33,232 nucleotides of DNA, from the NCBI GenBank assembly GCA_964200185.2, contig CAXNAD020000066.1, positions 1 through 33,232 of the forward strand, read 5' to 3'. Shown in pieces: positions 1 through 12,996 of this stretch. The DNA is from Choristocarpus tenellus KU-1152. Lineage: Eukaryota > Protista > Phaeophyceae. Within the stretch, counting starts at the first letter, position 1. The number at the start of each line of letters is the position of its first letter. Below the pieces are notes generated by a model. The model did not search any database and was not told the origin of the DNA. It was given only the letters and a program-made list of their open reading frames with translations. The translations under genes and the position numbers were made by a program.

Positions 1-3000
1 GTACCCCCCTTTACACAGCGCTGGAGTAGCTGCTGCAGGAGTTCTGGGGCCTGCTCCTTGGCTGCAGAGGTCTTCACCAATGGTGCCAGACAATCCGATA
101 CAGCAATCTGAACTGCCTCAGAGGGTGTTGAAAGAGCACCTGTTAGAGTGTGGACAATTGAAATCACCTTGGGGTCATCTTTGTCAAGGTGCTTCGCAGC
201 ACTGCCCATGAAAACCACCACCCCTTCCCGCCTCCAGTCAAAGCATTGCATATCCTCAGTCGAAATGGGCTTTTCTTCCATGACAGCCTCACAAGGACGC
301 AAGAAACGGAGTGCACTCCCTTCACCATAGGCAGTGATGATTGCCATGCCAGCTGCAAGCATTTGCCCCCGAATGGCAGTGTCATAGTCAGACAGACCTT
401 GCTGTACCAGGAAAGAGAACAACCTTTGCAGCTCCTCTGCACCTTCCTCCTCATGAAGTGCTCTAGCCTTTCCCACAGCTTCCAAAGCTTTTGCAACCCC
501 ACTGCGCGATGAACGCCCCATCTCAGCCTGTTGATCAGTAGAATCTTCACCCCCTAATGGTGCTGCAAAAAATTTGTCCATGTCCATTTTTTTGTCTTGC
601 ACTTGAGTTCGTGGGGGAGGGGAACTTGCAGTGTAGAGATCATAGAGCCTTCCCAGCACTGTTTGAGCAGACCCAGGGTGCTCAATCATTCCTGCTGCAA
701 GAGCACCAGCTGCTGCATTGCGAACATGGGCCTTCTGATTAGAGAGAAGAACCATCAGTGGTGGGACATACGCTGACGTGAGTGTTCCACCCCTCGCCTC
801 CCACAGCTGACCAGCCAATGCTATATTCTCACCATCTGCATCAAACTTGCTGAGCCATAGTCGGCACTCAAGCAAAGGGTCACCTATCAAGGCTTGCCCC
901 TGCAGCACCATCATCATCACTGCCTCCAAGCAGGCTAGTCGCACATGGGCAGCCTCACTCAGGAGCCCTCTATTGCCCAGAAGTAGACCCCACTCACTTG
1001 TGTTGAGAGGTGGTCCTGTGCATAGTGTGGCAAGAACAACATCTGGACCAGGTTCGATTTGTGGGAATCTATCCAAAACACTCAGGACAGCATCAATCAT
1101 AGGCTCACGCAGCTCTTGCATCGCTTGATGAGCTGCAGCACTGCCATTAGCCCAAAGGTCATCCATATCAGAGTGGATAGCAATAACCCTTAAAGCAGTC
1201 TCACACTGAGCAGCAGAGGCTGGGTTTGTGAGGACAGCTTGCAAAACTGGAAAGACAAGAACCAGTGCACGGGGCTCAAGAGGTCGCTCATCAGAGAACT
1301 TTGGTAGACAGGTATTGGCAATCACTCCCAGGCATGCATCCACAGTAGAGGACCCGGCAGCTCTGGCTGGCTCTACCTGGAGCAACAGCAACGCAGCTGC
1401 AACTTTCCCCTCAACGCCTTGGAACTCCCCATTAGCAGTGGAAACAAGAGCTTTGACAGTACAATACGCCTCTGTCTCAACCAGGCGGCATGTCAGAAGT
1501 GGAAGAAGTACTGGAAGGGCAACAGGAATATATTCATAGCCAAGCTCCTGGCAAGCAGAAAACCCCGCCCCGAATACCTTCAATGCTGCTTCTGTCTGGT
1601 GCTTCACAGCCCCAACTTGCTCACGGACTGCTGCCTCCTCTATAAGCAGCTTAGCTACCTCCATCTCATCTGGTTTCTTATTCCCTTGGCCTGTAACAGA
1701 GGCACCATTCAAGCCAGATCGGGGCTGACTTTTGGTCTTGGCTCCTAACTCTGCCCGAATGCGCTCCTCCCATTCCACCTCCTCAGCATCTTTACCACGG
1801 CGGGCCGCATTCTTGCTTACCATACTTGTATTTTTCTTTTGCAACGATGGTGTCCCGTAGAGAACTCCCTTAGCAGTGAAGAACACATCAATGTCAGGAG
1901 CCGACACACTGAGAACCTCTGAAGACCGTAGCTCACGTAATAGTGTTGGGAAGATATGATTTTCCAAGAGATACCTCCCACCCTTCCCACATCCTGAACC
2001 AACTGAGCCCATGGCCCAGGTGGCTGAGTCCCTGTTGCAGCAGAGTCAAAGCATCATTGGACAAAAAAACAGTTCTTAGCAAAGAATCAGCACAATACAG
2101 AAAGCATTAGGGTTGCAGATAAATCAGTGCATGCAACACATCAATTCCTCTCAAAGGTAACGAGTAGCACAGTCACTCTCCCATGGTAAAATTGAACCTG
2201 AAAGCAGATATAGAGTTAGCAATGTTCTTAGGTTTGTAAATCAGAAGAACATTTGAGTGTTACATTGATCAGTTCAAAATGATTTCATGACCTCAATTAA
2301 AGCACAATGTTAGGAGGTTTCAAGTGAAGTATGTAGTGTAGATGCAGTGAAATGAACAAACAACAAATTGTCACCTCAGTCATTCTTCAATTGAAGTAAT
2401 CCTTGCGATTCACAACACTGAATTTGCCCTGTCAAAGTAACATGGACACAATGCAAGAATGTTTCATGGGAGCAATAGCCGCTTTTGATCGAATGTAGTC
2501 ACACCATGCTGTGACATTATTTCTGATTCGATAATAAATAGTGTACCATGCTGTGTCCTGTCGGGGTGATCTCTATTGTTCTTAAAAAACGCAACTTCAA
2601 AGCTGATCCACCAATGAAATCAAACATTTTTGACATAAATTACTCACACAGTTCTAGCAAATACTGATCATTTATCTACACATGCATACTGTAAAATTAC
2701 TTACTATCAAGAGTACCAGGGGCAGTGCATCTGTTTCTGAAGATTTTCTCTACAAGTATGGAGGGGATAGCGATTAGTGTTACTTGAAACTGTATCTCTA
2801 TCGTACAAGAACACACTACTTTTGTATCTCTATCAAACAGGTTAGTGTACTACACAAAATTGGTGGTTGATCTTCACAAAAGGCATGTGTGATAGTTGAC
2901 TGATGCATCTTCCAGTAGCATTTCCCATACTTAAATTCAGGTTGCTTATATTGCAGGATATTGCGGTCTTCACCTAGGAATCAGATATTATTCTTGGCAA

Positions 3001-6000
3001 GAAGATAATACTAGTCTACTTGCACATCTGATTGAGGTCTGTGTAAAAAAGAGGTTTTTTATTTCTCAAACGGACTAGCTCTCGTAACTCTGCAAATAGA
3101 TCCAAATTAAAACTCTGTGGAAACACTATTTGAAACAATTCAATAGTTTATTTCCCAAACTAGACAGTGGTAATTTGTCATCAAGTGTAGGGTACGCTTC
3201 TCACATTTGAGTCTGAACTTGGCTGTTCGCAGCTGACACTATACTGGAAGTCACCTCTGCAGCAACAGCATCATCCTCCAACAGTTTGCTCACACAATCC
3301 ACTCCACCAAAGACTCGCCTCCCTACGTGTTTCCACAGAACACGAGCACCCTTTGGGGAGTGACAGACCAAAGAATCATGTGCAAGCAGGATAACAAGTG
3401 GGACCACATCACTGACAGCACTTGTTCCACAGCAGCCAAAGAGGGCAGTTGTCAATCGACTCGGAGGAAGCAGCGCCTTTCCTGAATCTTGGTTATCTTT
3501 CGAATCTTTTGAATCTTGGTTATCTTTCGAAGGCAATGTGCTTCGCTCCTTCTTGCTCATTTCTGCTGCAAATGCCACAGTGTGCACCACCTATTTAGTG
3601 TCCACATCATGCATTAGGTCAGATTTAGATCCCACAAGAGCATATTATTGTGAATGGATACTGATTGAATTGAGCAAGACTATCGAGGAGAGAAACCATG
3701 TCCCCTTCTTGCATGTTTTTTCATTCTCCTTTGCCATCCACAGCCAAACACACAGAAAGCACAACTGACCTGCTTTAATGCTCCAAGCAAAAACCGCTGG
3801 GCCTCAGTCACACAGCTGTGAATGGTTCGTACAGCATCCAGTGCAGCCTGCCTCACTCCTTTCTCAGGGAGAAGCATACACTGTACAAGAGCCATACAGG
3901 CTGCATTGGTGACAGAGGAAAGCCTGTTTCCCTGATCACCCTCCTCAAACAGTGTTGCTTGAGAACGGAAAATTGTGCCTGCAGATGCCAATAGACGGCA
4001 AAGAGCAACGCAAACAGATGACATGAATGGTCCTGAAGCTTCCCCTGTAGAAATAGCGTCAGGTTTGTATGATGTCAGCATCATGGTTGGATAAAAGAAA
4101 GACGATGCATCCTTCAGCAAAGACCAGGGAAAACTTGTGCACACTTCTGTGGAGACAGTGGCATCTTGAGCTGCTATATCGAGGAGTGTCTTCGCCGCCA
4201 ATATGCCGTCTGGATGAAAGTTGCTCGACTTTCCTGCTGCACCATCTATCCGCTGCAGCAGGCACGGCACAAGGGGTATCAACTGAGTACAGAGACTGAT
4301 ACATCCACTCAGCTCAGATACTGCCGTAAGATATGCTGCCGCCACAGGTTTACTTGAATGCTTTGTCCCTTTCTTCAACAGATCCAAAACTTCAGAAGGG
4401 ATGCTGTCAAGCATTGTTATCCATTGTATCATGCACTGTAGCCCAAGTGATCGAGTTTCTTCATGAGATTCCTTGTCCACAGCTGGCACTAGTGCATTGA
4501 CTGCACCCAAAGCAATGGATGCCACCCCTTGCTCCAATGATAGAACCCCCATCCGCACATGGATGAGTCCCATTATGACGCACTGCCGTTGGTACCACTG
4601 TGCCAAGACCCCTGCCTTGCCACCTAGCACCCCAAGTAGCTCCATCACAATGTGCTCAAGGACCTGCCATTCAAATAAATCCACACATGCACCATCAAGT
4701 GTCAGAGAAGAAGCACATTCCAAGGAAAAAGACTTGAGAACTCTGGTAGTGCTCACCAGCCCTGAAAACCTTGATCAAATGTGAGTAATAAATTATCCAG
4801 TGTTCCCTGGACATACTTGAATGCTCGCAAGATCACACCTCAGGAGCGCTGCAGTGCCTTGCTATACTTCCCACCAGCTCAACCGCAAGGTGGCGAACAT
4901 CCTCCTTCGGAGACCTGAGTTGCCGCAGTAGAGGTGGCACAAATATCTTTTCTGCATAAGGACTCAGGTCAATTGCAATTTGTGCAACAACAGATTTGAC
5001 CGCAGCCAGGATACTATCAGGATTCTTTTTCTGCAGCTTCTCCAACACTGGCTCCATGACGTTGGAGAAGTCGTTCTCTGTCAAGGATCCAATCAGAGTT
5101 GCAAAACTGTCCAACTTGTATTGTACACTCGAACTGCCCTTTGCCATCAAAATGTTCTTCATGTACAAGTCCATTAGGCGGGGTTTGATCATGCCTGTGT
5201 AACAGTGATGTTATAGCAAAAAATTGCTGTCAATGTTTGCATAAGAAGTTGATCACAAGACCACAATATGTAGCAGTACGAGTGATCCTTCTAAGTGGTT
5301 CCAACTTTTTACACAGGAATGCCTTCTGTGATATCACAACCAGTCACCTTGGCAAACATGAGGCACAGCCAAGGGAACCAAGAAAGGGTAGTGGCAATAC
5401 CCACTACCTGTCACATTTCAGTAGACTATGCACTTTCTGCGCTCTCTAAATCAATATTATGGATTGTATGCAAACAGTGGCATCCTTGGTGTGATCACAT
5501 ATATTTAACAACCAACTTGCGTAACACCCTACATAATGGCCAGTCCACAGAAGAGGAGGAACTCACTTTCATACTCTGGCCTTGAGACGTAGACTGATGT
5601 AACCACTGAAAGAGCTACCAGATTGATGCCGCACTTATCATCTGAAGTCAAGATGTCTAGGTAGGTACTGCACAAATGGGAACGCGAGATCAACGCCCAT
5701 CGCGTGATCTTTGCTGCTCTTGACACTAGTTTGACATCCCCCATACCGCCAATTACATCATGTACACAGCCCTGCAGTCTTATTAATTTAACTAGCCAAT
5801 CTGGAGTAGGTTCCAAGCCCTCAGATGGCACCATTGTCCTGAGGATCACCTGGGCGACACGAAGGGTTCTCATCTGTTCCCCTGCATCCACACAAGACTC
5901 GGCAAATCCTTACTCAGAAGAGCCAAGGGTATTTAATTGTAACACAGCACAAGGATTACACAGTTAGGAACGAGTAGGAGTATTAAGGAAAGGTATGTTC

Positions 6001-6622
6001 ATTGTTGATGTCGGACGTACTATTGATGCATTGTATTTCAGCCGTTTGTACGCTACAAGCGTCCCAACGGCATCACAGTCAAGGGCAAAAAAGTGGTGGG
6101 AGTAGGGGGATAGTCTAGTAAGATCGACATCTACTAAAATTATGAGAGATGCAGAAAAAAGCAAGTTCTCACCATCGAGGTTCACTACACACACTTGCAC
6201 GAAGAGAGGGCAAATCGGTGAAGTCGCGGCCATGGCAATTGCACCATGTAGCCCCCTTTGCCACACACGCTCGAGGTAATGCGGCCGAACGATAGAACCA
6301 AGAAGTAGACGGGCCAACATCCGAGTCTGTACCCGCGTAAGCTCTTCATTGGCAGCCAGGCCGACCAACTGAGCATGATCGCCACCCTTGAGGACCTCGC
6401 TCAGATGCTGCAGGGAATCGAGAAGGAACAAAAAGGGACGTTGGAGAAGTCGATCTTTCACTTCGCTTCCAATCGGCAACTGAATTGCACCAAAGTCGAT
6501 TAAAGCCAACGTTCAAGGGGTTCTCGAGATCTGCAATTGCTCACCTTCAAGGAATTGAGACGATGCTCTAGACTCCGGTCTTCCAAGCCGTTAGCTAGTT
6601 GAGACTCCAAGAAGCTCTCCAT
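1..6622 (-). CDS. GCN1: Translational activator GCN1 (ILITYHIA-like HEAT-repeat protein), 5' part; gene continues beyond window position 1
   Basis: Manual spliced model with all GT-AG junctions phase-consistent: exons 6622-6545, 6407-6173, 5908-5567, 5194-4839, 4663-3770, 3590-3205, 2031-<1 (4,322 nt, ~1,440 aa). The last exon is stop-free for 2 kb and is missing from the ORF track because its stop lies outside the window. GCN1-typical segments: 'LEKLQKKNPDSIL', 'DIDVFFTAKGVLY...EVEWEERIRAEL', 'LECRLWLSKFD..GENIALAGQLWE', 'DWRREGVVVFMGSAAKHLDKDDPKVISIVHTLTGALSTPSEAVQIAVSDCLAPLVK'. Confidence 0.93.
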
Positions 6623-6869
6623 TTCCCCCCTTTACCCTCTACTGTACCCAGGCTACCCTCAAAAGGGGTGCCCCTTCAACTTAGGGTGAGCCTTCAGTCT
6701 GAGCTTGGGAGATAGGAAGGAGTACAGTTCTCCAAGACAAGGAAGTGTGGTTCAAAGAAGTGATTGAAGGCCTTCCAGTATTTAGAAGAACTTTTGTTGT
6801 TACCTCTACAACTATAATCTATAAACCACATATGTCAGGTGTGTTTGCTGTTCCTCCCAGGACTTGAGT
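6623..6869. promoter_or_regulatory. Putative compact bidirectional promoter between GCN1 and the divergent ORF
   Basis: About 250 bp separate the GCN1 ATG (6622, -) from the first ATG of the + ORF (6870). The interval lies in a CpG-retaining zone (~6.0-7.8 kb) and contains a small inverted repeat AAGGGG-tg-CCCCTT (~6663-6676). Confidence 0.45.
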
Positions 6870-8045
6870 ATGCCTCACTGGGGACGGTGGTTTTGTTTGG
6901 TTCCTATTTGTATGCTACCTCAAGTTTCCCAGGGTTACCACTCATCAGAGCTATCCACTAGGCAAAGAAGGGGTGACAGCTGGTCTCCTAATGAAAGAAA
7001 GGTCTTCCCAACTATCGATTCAAGAGGCAAGCCTGCCAATTCGTCTCTGGCGTATCGACCATTCCTGGCGAACTCTGTTGGTCGATATATCGTCGCAGCT
7101 TACATGCTATCAGTGGAATGCTTGCACGTGTACTCCCCAGCACCAGTGAGTTTCGTGACATCGTCCTTTTTGTTATGTCTATCAAAATTTTGGGGAACAT
7201 TACGACGATCGCCGCTGAGCGCGCACGGTGATAAAAATCGGAGACCAGGTCTTTCCTACGAGAAGTTCATGTCCAGAGAAATTGGTGACACAGCAGAAGA
7301 GTCTACTCCCACACTATCTCTCAATCCTCCAGATAAGTACAGACGACTTTCGAGTGCCTTCAAGCGGCGACACCGCATTGGAGGAGAGCAGACTAACGAC
7401 AACGTCGCTCCCCCTGAAAACAGCAAGGTTCCTACTTTACTACACAAAGGATTGGAAGAGTATCATGATCATGGACTGCCATCTACGTGTATTGGCATTG
7501 CGGTGAAGAAAAGTGGGATCGGCATGGCGCCTGACCAAGCAGCTGGTCGTAGACAACGCAAGGTGGAACAGTTCATGGGGGAGGATGATGACCTCGAACT
7601 CTTGTCTGACCCTAATCTTGGGGATAACTTCTCAGATGATGATGAACAGCTGGTCATTAAACCTACACCATATCGGCGCTGGTCGAAGGCAATCGAAAGT
7701 GCAAAGGTGATGACAAAGTCACTAAAACCCACAACTCAGTCCTTCACGCGACCACACCAGGCAGATGGGAAAACAGTAAAGAGATCGAACAGCAGAAGCA
7801 AGGCGTTTGCTCGGGATCATACTGATAGCCTGGCTGATACAGATGACAGTGATGCAAAGGAATTATTGACAAAACTGCGTCGGGCCTCTACTAGCCACAA
7901 AGAAAATAGAGTAGGGAGTACTTTGCAGGACCCTCTGCAAAAACGGAAACCTGTGAAAACGTCAACAACAGCATCAGTAGCTACATTATCCCAGCGGCAA
8001 GGGGGCACACGTCCTCTGCCACAAAGTAGGAAGGAGAAACCATAA
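6870..8045 (+). CDS. Hypothetical protein, largely hydrophilic and probably disordered (S/K/R/D-rich); start and possible 5' splicing uncertain
   Basis: Uninterrupted ORF of ~392 codons (6864..8045 in the track) in CpG-rich, undecayed sequence. It has an acidic stretch (GEDDDLELLSDPNLGDNFSDDDE) and a basic C-terminus. No recognisable domain. An alternative start is ATG 7269 (MSREIG). Confidence 0.6.
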   Translation: MPHWGRWFCLVPICMLPQVSQGYHSSELSTRQRRGDSWSPNERKVFPTIDSRGKPANSSLAYRPFLANSVGRYIVAAYMLSVECLHVYSPAPVSFVTSSFLLCLSKFWGTLRRSPLSAHGDKNRRPGLSYEKFMSREIGDTAEESTPTLSLNPPDKYRRLSSAFKRRHRIGGEQTNDNVAPPENSKVPTLLHKGLEEYHDHGLPSTCIGIAVKKSGIGMAPDQAAGRRQRKVEQFMGEDDDLELLSDPNLGDNFSDDDEQLVIKPTPYRRWSKAIESAKVMTKSLKPTTQSFTRPHQADGKTVKRSNSRSKAFARDHTDSLADTDDSDAKELLTKLRRASTSHKENRVGSTLQDPLQKRKPVKTSTTASVATLSQRQGGTRPLPQSRKEKP

Positions 8046-11000
8046 ATATGGTTACAACACGAGAAGGGTGACTCGAGCACAGTACTTATTATATCCAATC
8101 TGAACAATTTGTTTCATTGCTTTATAATGTTTGTCTGCTTGTGCATGTGTGGAAGGAGTTTCTTGTCACTTTAATGAGTCTGACTCAAGTCCTGCCTCTG
8201 GCAGGAGGGACCATGATGCCTGCCAGGTTCCACGGTCACCTTTTAGTTACGTACAATCAAATCGTTAGAGTGCAAGTATATCGTTAGTACATTCTCTGCT
8301 GCTTGGTTTTGTCATCCAAGCATCTCCTGCTGTGGCAAGTATTTCCATTAGTTGTAGAAGATGTTCTGCCCTGGCAGGTTCCTTACTACTGAACTGGGAT
8401 TGGCATACTTGTCCTCCCCACATTACTGCTAACTGATAAGAACAAATCTGCCTTCTGCGTGCTCAGTGCCGATTTATTTTCAAGCCCCACAGGAGACGAG
8501 ACAAGACATTTTGTGGTGTACGGGCACAATTCCTTGTCAGCACAAACTCCATTTTCAACTTTGGCACTGTTTATACTGTTGCTTCTCAACTGGTTCAACA
8601 AGATGCAGGGATACACCATTGCTGAATATTGTGTAACACCATTGCCCTCACTAAATCATGAAGATCAGTCAACCTTGGTTCCAACTCACTGCAACTGTAT
8701 ATAGATTTTTAATTTTAAGAAACATCTCTGTACTGCATCTTTCTTTGTTAATATGCTGGGAACAGAAATCTTTACCTTCTTGTGGAAAACAGAAGGTATG
8801 ATGCTTGAGAATGTCTTGAAATTCTACAGTGGATGTATCTGATTGTTTCATGGGTGTATCTGTCCAAGCACATGGAACCCAAATTGACATCTATCCTCCC
8901 CTGCCTTCAACCCTCTTCCCCAACTCAAATCATGCCAGAGATATATTTGCTTTGTGTGAGTAATGAGTATGCTAAAAAGAGAGTTTTTTCACCTCATAGA
9001 ACCATACAAGGACGTACCATGTGAAAGACCACTTGCCCAACAGTGTGAATCGCTTTATACCAAAACCAAGAAAATTGCTACTCTGTGTACTGCGAAACAA
9101 AACTTGCAACTTGTCCCCAAAGTAGGAACAAACCTGCTACACTTACTACATTATTTGGGTTGGATTTCCATGGGAGGCTGCAAATGATAACTTTTATGGC
9201 GTAAATCTACAGTGTAACATTTTAGCCCTTCCAATAACAGGCCTTTAACAAGACTAAACCTATCTGTGTTGTAAGACCTACCATAAATGACAGTAGAAAA
9301 CTACACCACGTACAAATTTTTATCTTTTTTCCAATACCCTCTTGTTTTTCAAGTTCCCCCCTTAATATCCACCTTAACCCTAATCAATAAGATAATGGGA
9401 GGTTGGGCTCTTTAGAAAGGGATTGAATGGGAATGGCAGGGATGGACCTTGAAGTGTCCTGACATCTCAGCACAAGGAAGCAATGTTATGGTGGGGTTGG
9501 CAACAATTAAAGGGATCTTATATATGTATGCAATGGGTTCTCCACAATACCTAGCACAGCTGGTCTAGTATACAGTGTATCACCAATAGACCCTTGAACA
9601 TTTTGCCATGACCCAGTGGGTTTCCTAAGATATTTTTAATGTGATGTATGTGACCTAGAACAATTTTACTCTAGTGCACTGTAACACCATGCTGATCAGG
9701 GGCTACCAGACTCAAGCACAACAGGAGAGTAACAGCCAATGTGGGAATGGTGCTGCATGGTGTGCAATTCCTAGATCTCCAGCACGACCAGGCCTGCTGT
9801 CAAAGATAATCATCTGTTGCTCACACCACAAACCATGGAACCATTTAGAACATGCTTGGAGTGAAGACATCTGCCTACTTCATATCTGACAGAAGGAATC
9901 TAAAACAATAATTTAGAGTGTACCTAGGAATACTCCGCACTAAAATGTATTCTACAAAGTTCGTATTGAGAGGCATTACTGTCAAATTGGCATATCTGTA
10001 CAAAAAAATCGAGTATTTTTGTCAACCTAATAACAGCTGAAAATTCAATGTCCACACATCATCAACAGGATCCTAGAAAGAACTTTCAAGGATGACAGGC
10101 ATTACGTGAAACTTGCCAGAGGACACCTCCTTAGAATTGATACTGATGCTGACATCTGCCATAGCATATCGATGTGATTGCTTCAGTAGTTTTTTTTGTT
10201 GTGTTTCCTACTTGTGTCCGACTGAGTGAGTGGAGGTCTCATTGGACCTTTGGGCTGTATTTGTGATAGAATTGGACCTTGCCACAGGTGCTGTTGGAAT
10301 CTGCAGCTGATAGCTGCAATTGACCTTCTCTACTATAACCAAGTTTCCTTTCATATTTCTTTTGTACTTCTTCTGCTGTCATAATTCTTTGAGTTATTTC
10401 TGACCACACCTTTGAGAGGATCAACCAACGTTGTGATAGTAATATTAGAGTCGATTACACACACCTCTCAAAATGGTGAGTACCCTCTTGTTCAATGTTG
10501 CTCCCGGCATCATGCAAGTGTATCAAGCCTCTGCCACTCATTCTCTGTTACTCTCTACACCAAGTGACCTTTGAACATTCTACAAGTGTCACAATTGTAC
10601 AACCAATGAAAAAAAGCTTGCACACAATGCACCACAGGACCAGGGACCAACACAATAAAACTTACTTCTATGGTAGATTTCTCACCACAAACAAATTTCT
10701 CTATTGTACTGTAAGATTTGGACCTGTAAATTAGTATCAATTCTAGTTGTCTGATTCCAATTTGTCACTATAAATTTAAAAGCAACTTTCTGCACACATT
10801 GTTACAAAGCATGCACATGCACAAATGTGCAATGGATGCTTCTCGGAAAGCCAACATGTAGCAGGCGAAACCCTTCTCTCTTTATTTATGGTATGTTCCA
10901 TGTTTACATGTACTGCACAAACACGTCACAATAATATGATTAAATTTGCAAGACACTTTGTGAAGAGTTGTTTTGGCAATGATAGCGTAGCATGCAACAG

Positions 11001-11512
11001 TGCCATGCAATGTTTGAACAAATATGTCCACAATATAATAATAGAGGTTCCTAGTGGGGACTTCCTCCACGAAATGGTGCAGTAGGAAATACCAAAAAAT
11101 GAAATTTCACGGTGTGGTCGTAGTAGTGGCTACCATGAACCTTTCCACAATAATTTATCTACAAATCTCTGCAAATGAGGATAAAAGCAGATGTAAGCCA
11201 TTGTAGAAGAGGCCATGAAAAAGAACATTTTTGTGGCACACTTTTCTTAATCATAATACTCCCTCTGTCCCATCCATAGGTCTGGGCCGTTAAGTTGTAC
11301 CTCTTCAGATGACCTCCGATTACAAAACGGACTTTTGCCTTGGATTCCTTGGAATATTATGCACTAAAAAACTAAATTTCGAAGAATTCTGCAAAGAATT
11401 CTGTTCTAAAAGGGTTCCGAAGAAATGGAACACAGAATGTGGCATATTCTTATCATTTTTTAATGTTCCTGCTGCAGCATGGAGCCAGCCGCACCACACT
11501 CTCACAACCCCC

Positions 11513-12996
11513 ATGGCGAGCCCCCACAGTCTGTCATCCCTGGCGCAAAGCCCACCATCTCATAGAAAGAACTCCAAGCTGACCGAGGAATGTCAGACCA
11601 CACTTGCTCTACGTTACGCATTGGCTCTTTCTTCCTCTGAGTCACAAGAGACTCCCGAGGGGTGTGGAGTATAAATTGGTGAAAGAGTTTGGAGTGGGAA
11701 AGAGACACCCTAGACAGGTGTGGATGCGTATCAGAACAGTGAGAATACCGTCTCCCTGAAATCACAAGGACGATCAGGGCGGCCGTTGGACTTTACACCA
11801 ATGCAAAAAGTGAAGATCCGGAAAATCAAGGCCAGTAATCGCACACTGACTATCAACCAACTTTCCGCCAAGCTCACCGAAGCAGGCCTCACAGTCGGTG
11901 GCTCAAAGCTTCATTGCTGGCTTGAAGCCATAGGGGCAACAAGGGTTCAGCGGCGCATCACCCCTAACCTTTCATTTTCTCACAAGAAGAACAGGGTGGA
12001 CATCATCCTCAACCAGATCTCCCACAACCACAAAACCTACAGGACTGGCCTCAACACCATTCACACCGACGAGGCGTGTTTCTACCTCATCCACAAACCA
12101 TCCACAAACCATCCACAAACAAGAGATGGTGCGCATGTTTCTGGGGGAGGAAAGGTGGGCTCGATGAAGGTGCAACATAAAGAGTCATATTCTCAAAGTG
12201 ATGGTCATCTCCTCCATTTCGCACCCGGATCATTCTCATGATTTCAATGGCAAGATCGGGATATGGTAGGTTTGCGTCATCAAGGAGGCACAACAGACTA
12301 CAGCACAGAACATGAAGGGTGAGGAGTACGAGGTCAAAGTCACCGTCAATGCCGAGTGGTACCTGGAGTGGTACATGGAGTGGTGGTACCTGGAGTGGTA
12401 CATGGAGTGGTGGTACCTGGAGTGGTACATGGAGTGGTACAAAAGTGGTACATGGAGTGGTACAAAAGTGGTATATGGAGTGGTACAAAAGTGGTACATG
12501 GAGCAGGTGTTTTGTCAGTGATCAAGGAAAAATTGCCGTGGCTGGAATCGGGAGGGGCGTCAATTCAGCAGGACAGTACGACTCCTCATATGGGCAAGGG
12601 CACGGTGTAGAAGCTGGATGCTGTAGGGTGGACGAGGAATGGAACATTAAGCTCATGACCAGCCAACACGGTCACCAGATCTCAATGTCAATGATTTGGG
12701 GCTTTCTGCATCTTTGAAGAGCAGGGTTTAGGCGGAGTGTTGGATCCGTTGATGAACCTATAGAGGGGGTTTCAAGTATGTTTCATGTGTATGATGCAGA
12801 CACACTCAACAGGGTCTGGCAGAGTCTGTTTAAGAGGTACAATCAGGTGTTAAGGGCTCTGGGGGGGGACTATTTCAAGGTAGAGCACACCGGGACAATA
12901 AAAAGGCAGCAGGAGGGCGGGTTGGCTAGATCAGTCGAAGTAGACCAAGTGGCCTCCATGGTGACCCTGGATTGGTGGGTTGACGGTGTCAAATAA
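11513..12996 (+). pseudogene. Mariner transposase pseudogene (frameshifts, stops, internal repeat expansion)
   Basis: Pieces in shifting frames: 'SGRP..FTP' HTH region, 'IHTDEACFYL' (first D), 'KSHILKVMV', 'FNGKIGIW', 'IQQDSTTPH' (second D, 12572), 'QPTRSPDLNVNDLG' (third D, 12693; 121 nt from the second D, about 39-40 codons), 'TLNRVWQSLFKRYNQVLRALGGDYFKVEH'. Confidence 0.9.
12354..12503 (+). repeat. Compound tandem repeat of a (G/A)AGTGGTAC core inside the transposase
   Basis: About 12 copies of AGTGGTAC/T arranged as 27-bp units (GAGTGGTACATGGAGTGGTGGTACCTG-like) followed by 23-bp units (GAGTGGTACAAAAGTGGTACATG). Confidence 0.9.

Noticed and set aside
3482-3532. Short duplication in GCN1 exon 6 (KDNQDSKDSKDNQDS)
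   Set aside because: Ordinary in-frame slippage in a variable loop.
148-5967. Many short + strand ORFs and off-frame - strand ORFs
   Set aside because: Antisense or alternative-frame shadows of GCN1 exons.
12354-12503. CRISPR-like array (also considered for 26908-26979 and 16840-16930)
   Set aside because: Units are head to tail with no unique spacers, there are no cas genes, and the context is eukaryotic.
12087-12717. Overlapping repetitive ORFs (PLHVPLQV, GTWSG, YHSM, GVVH)
   Set aside because: Alternative-frame readings of the tandem array inside the mariner transposase.
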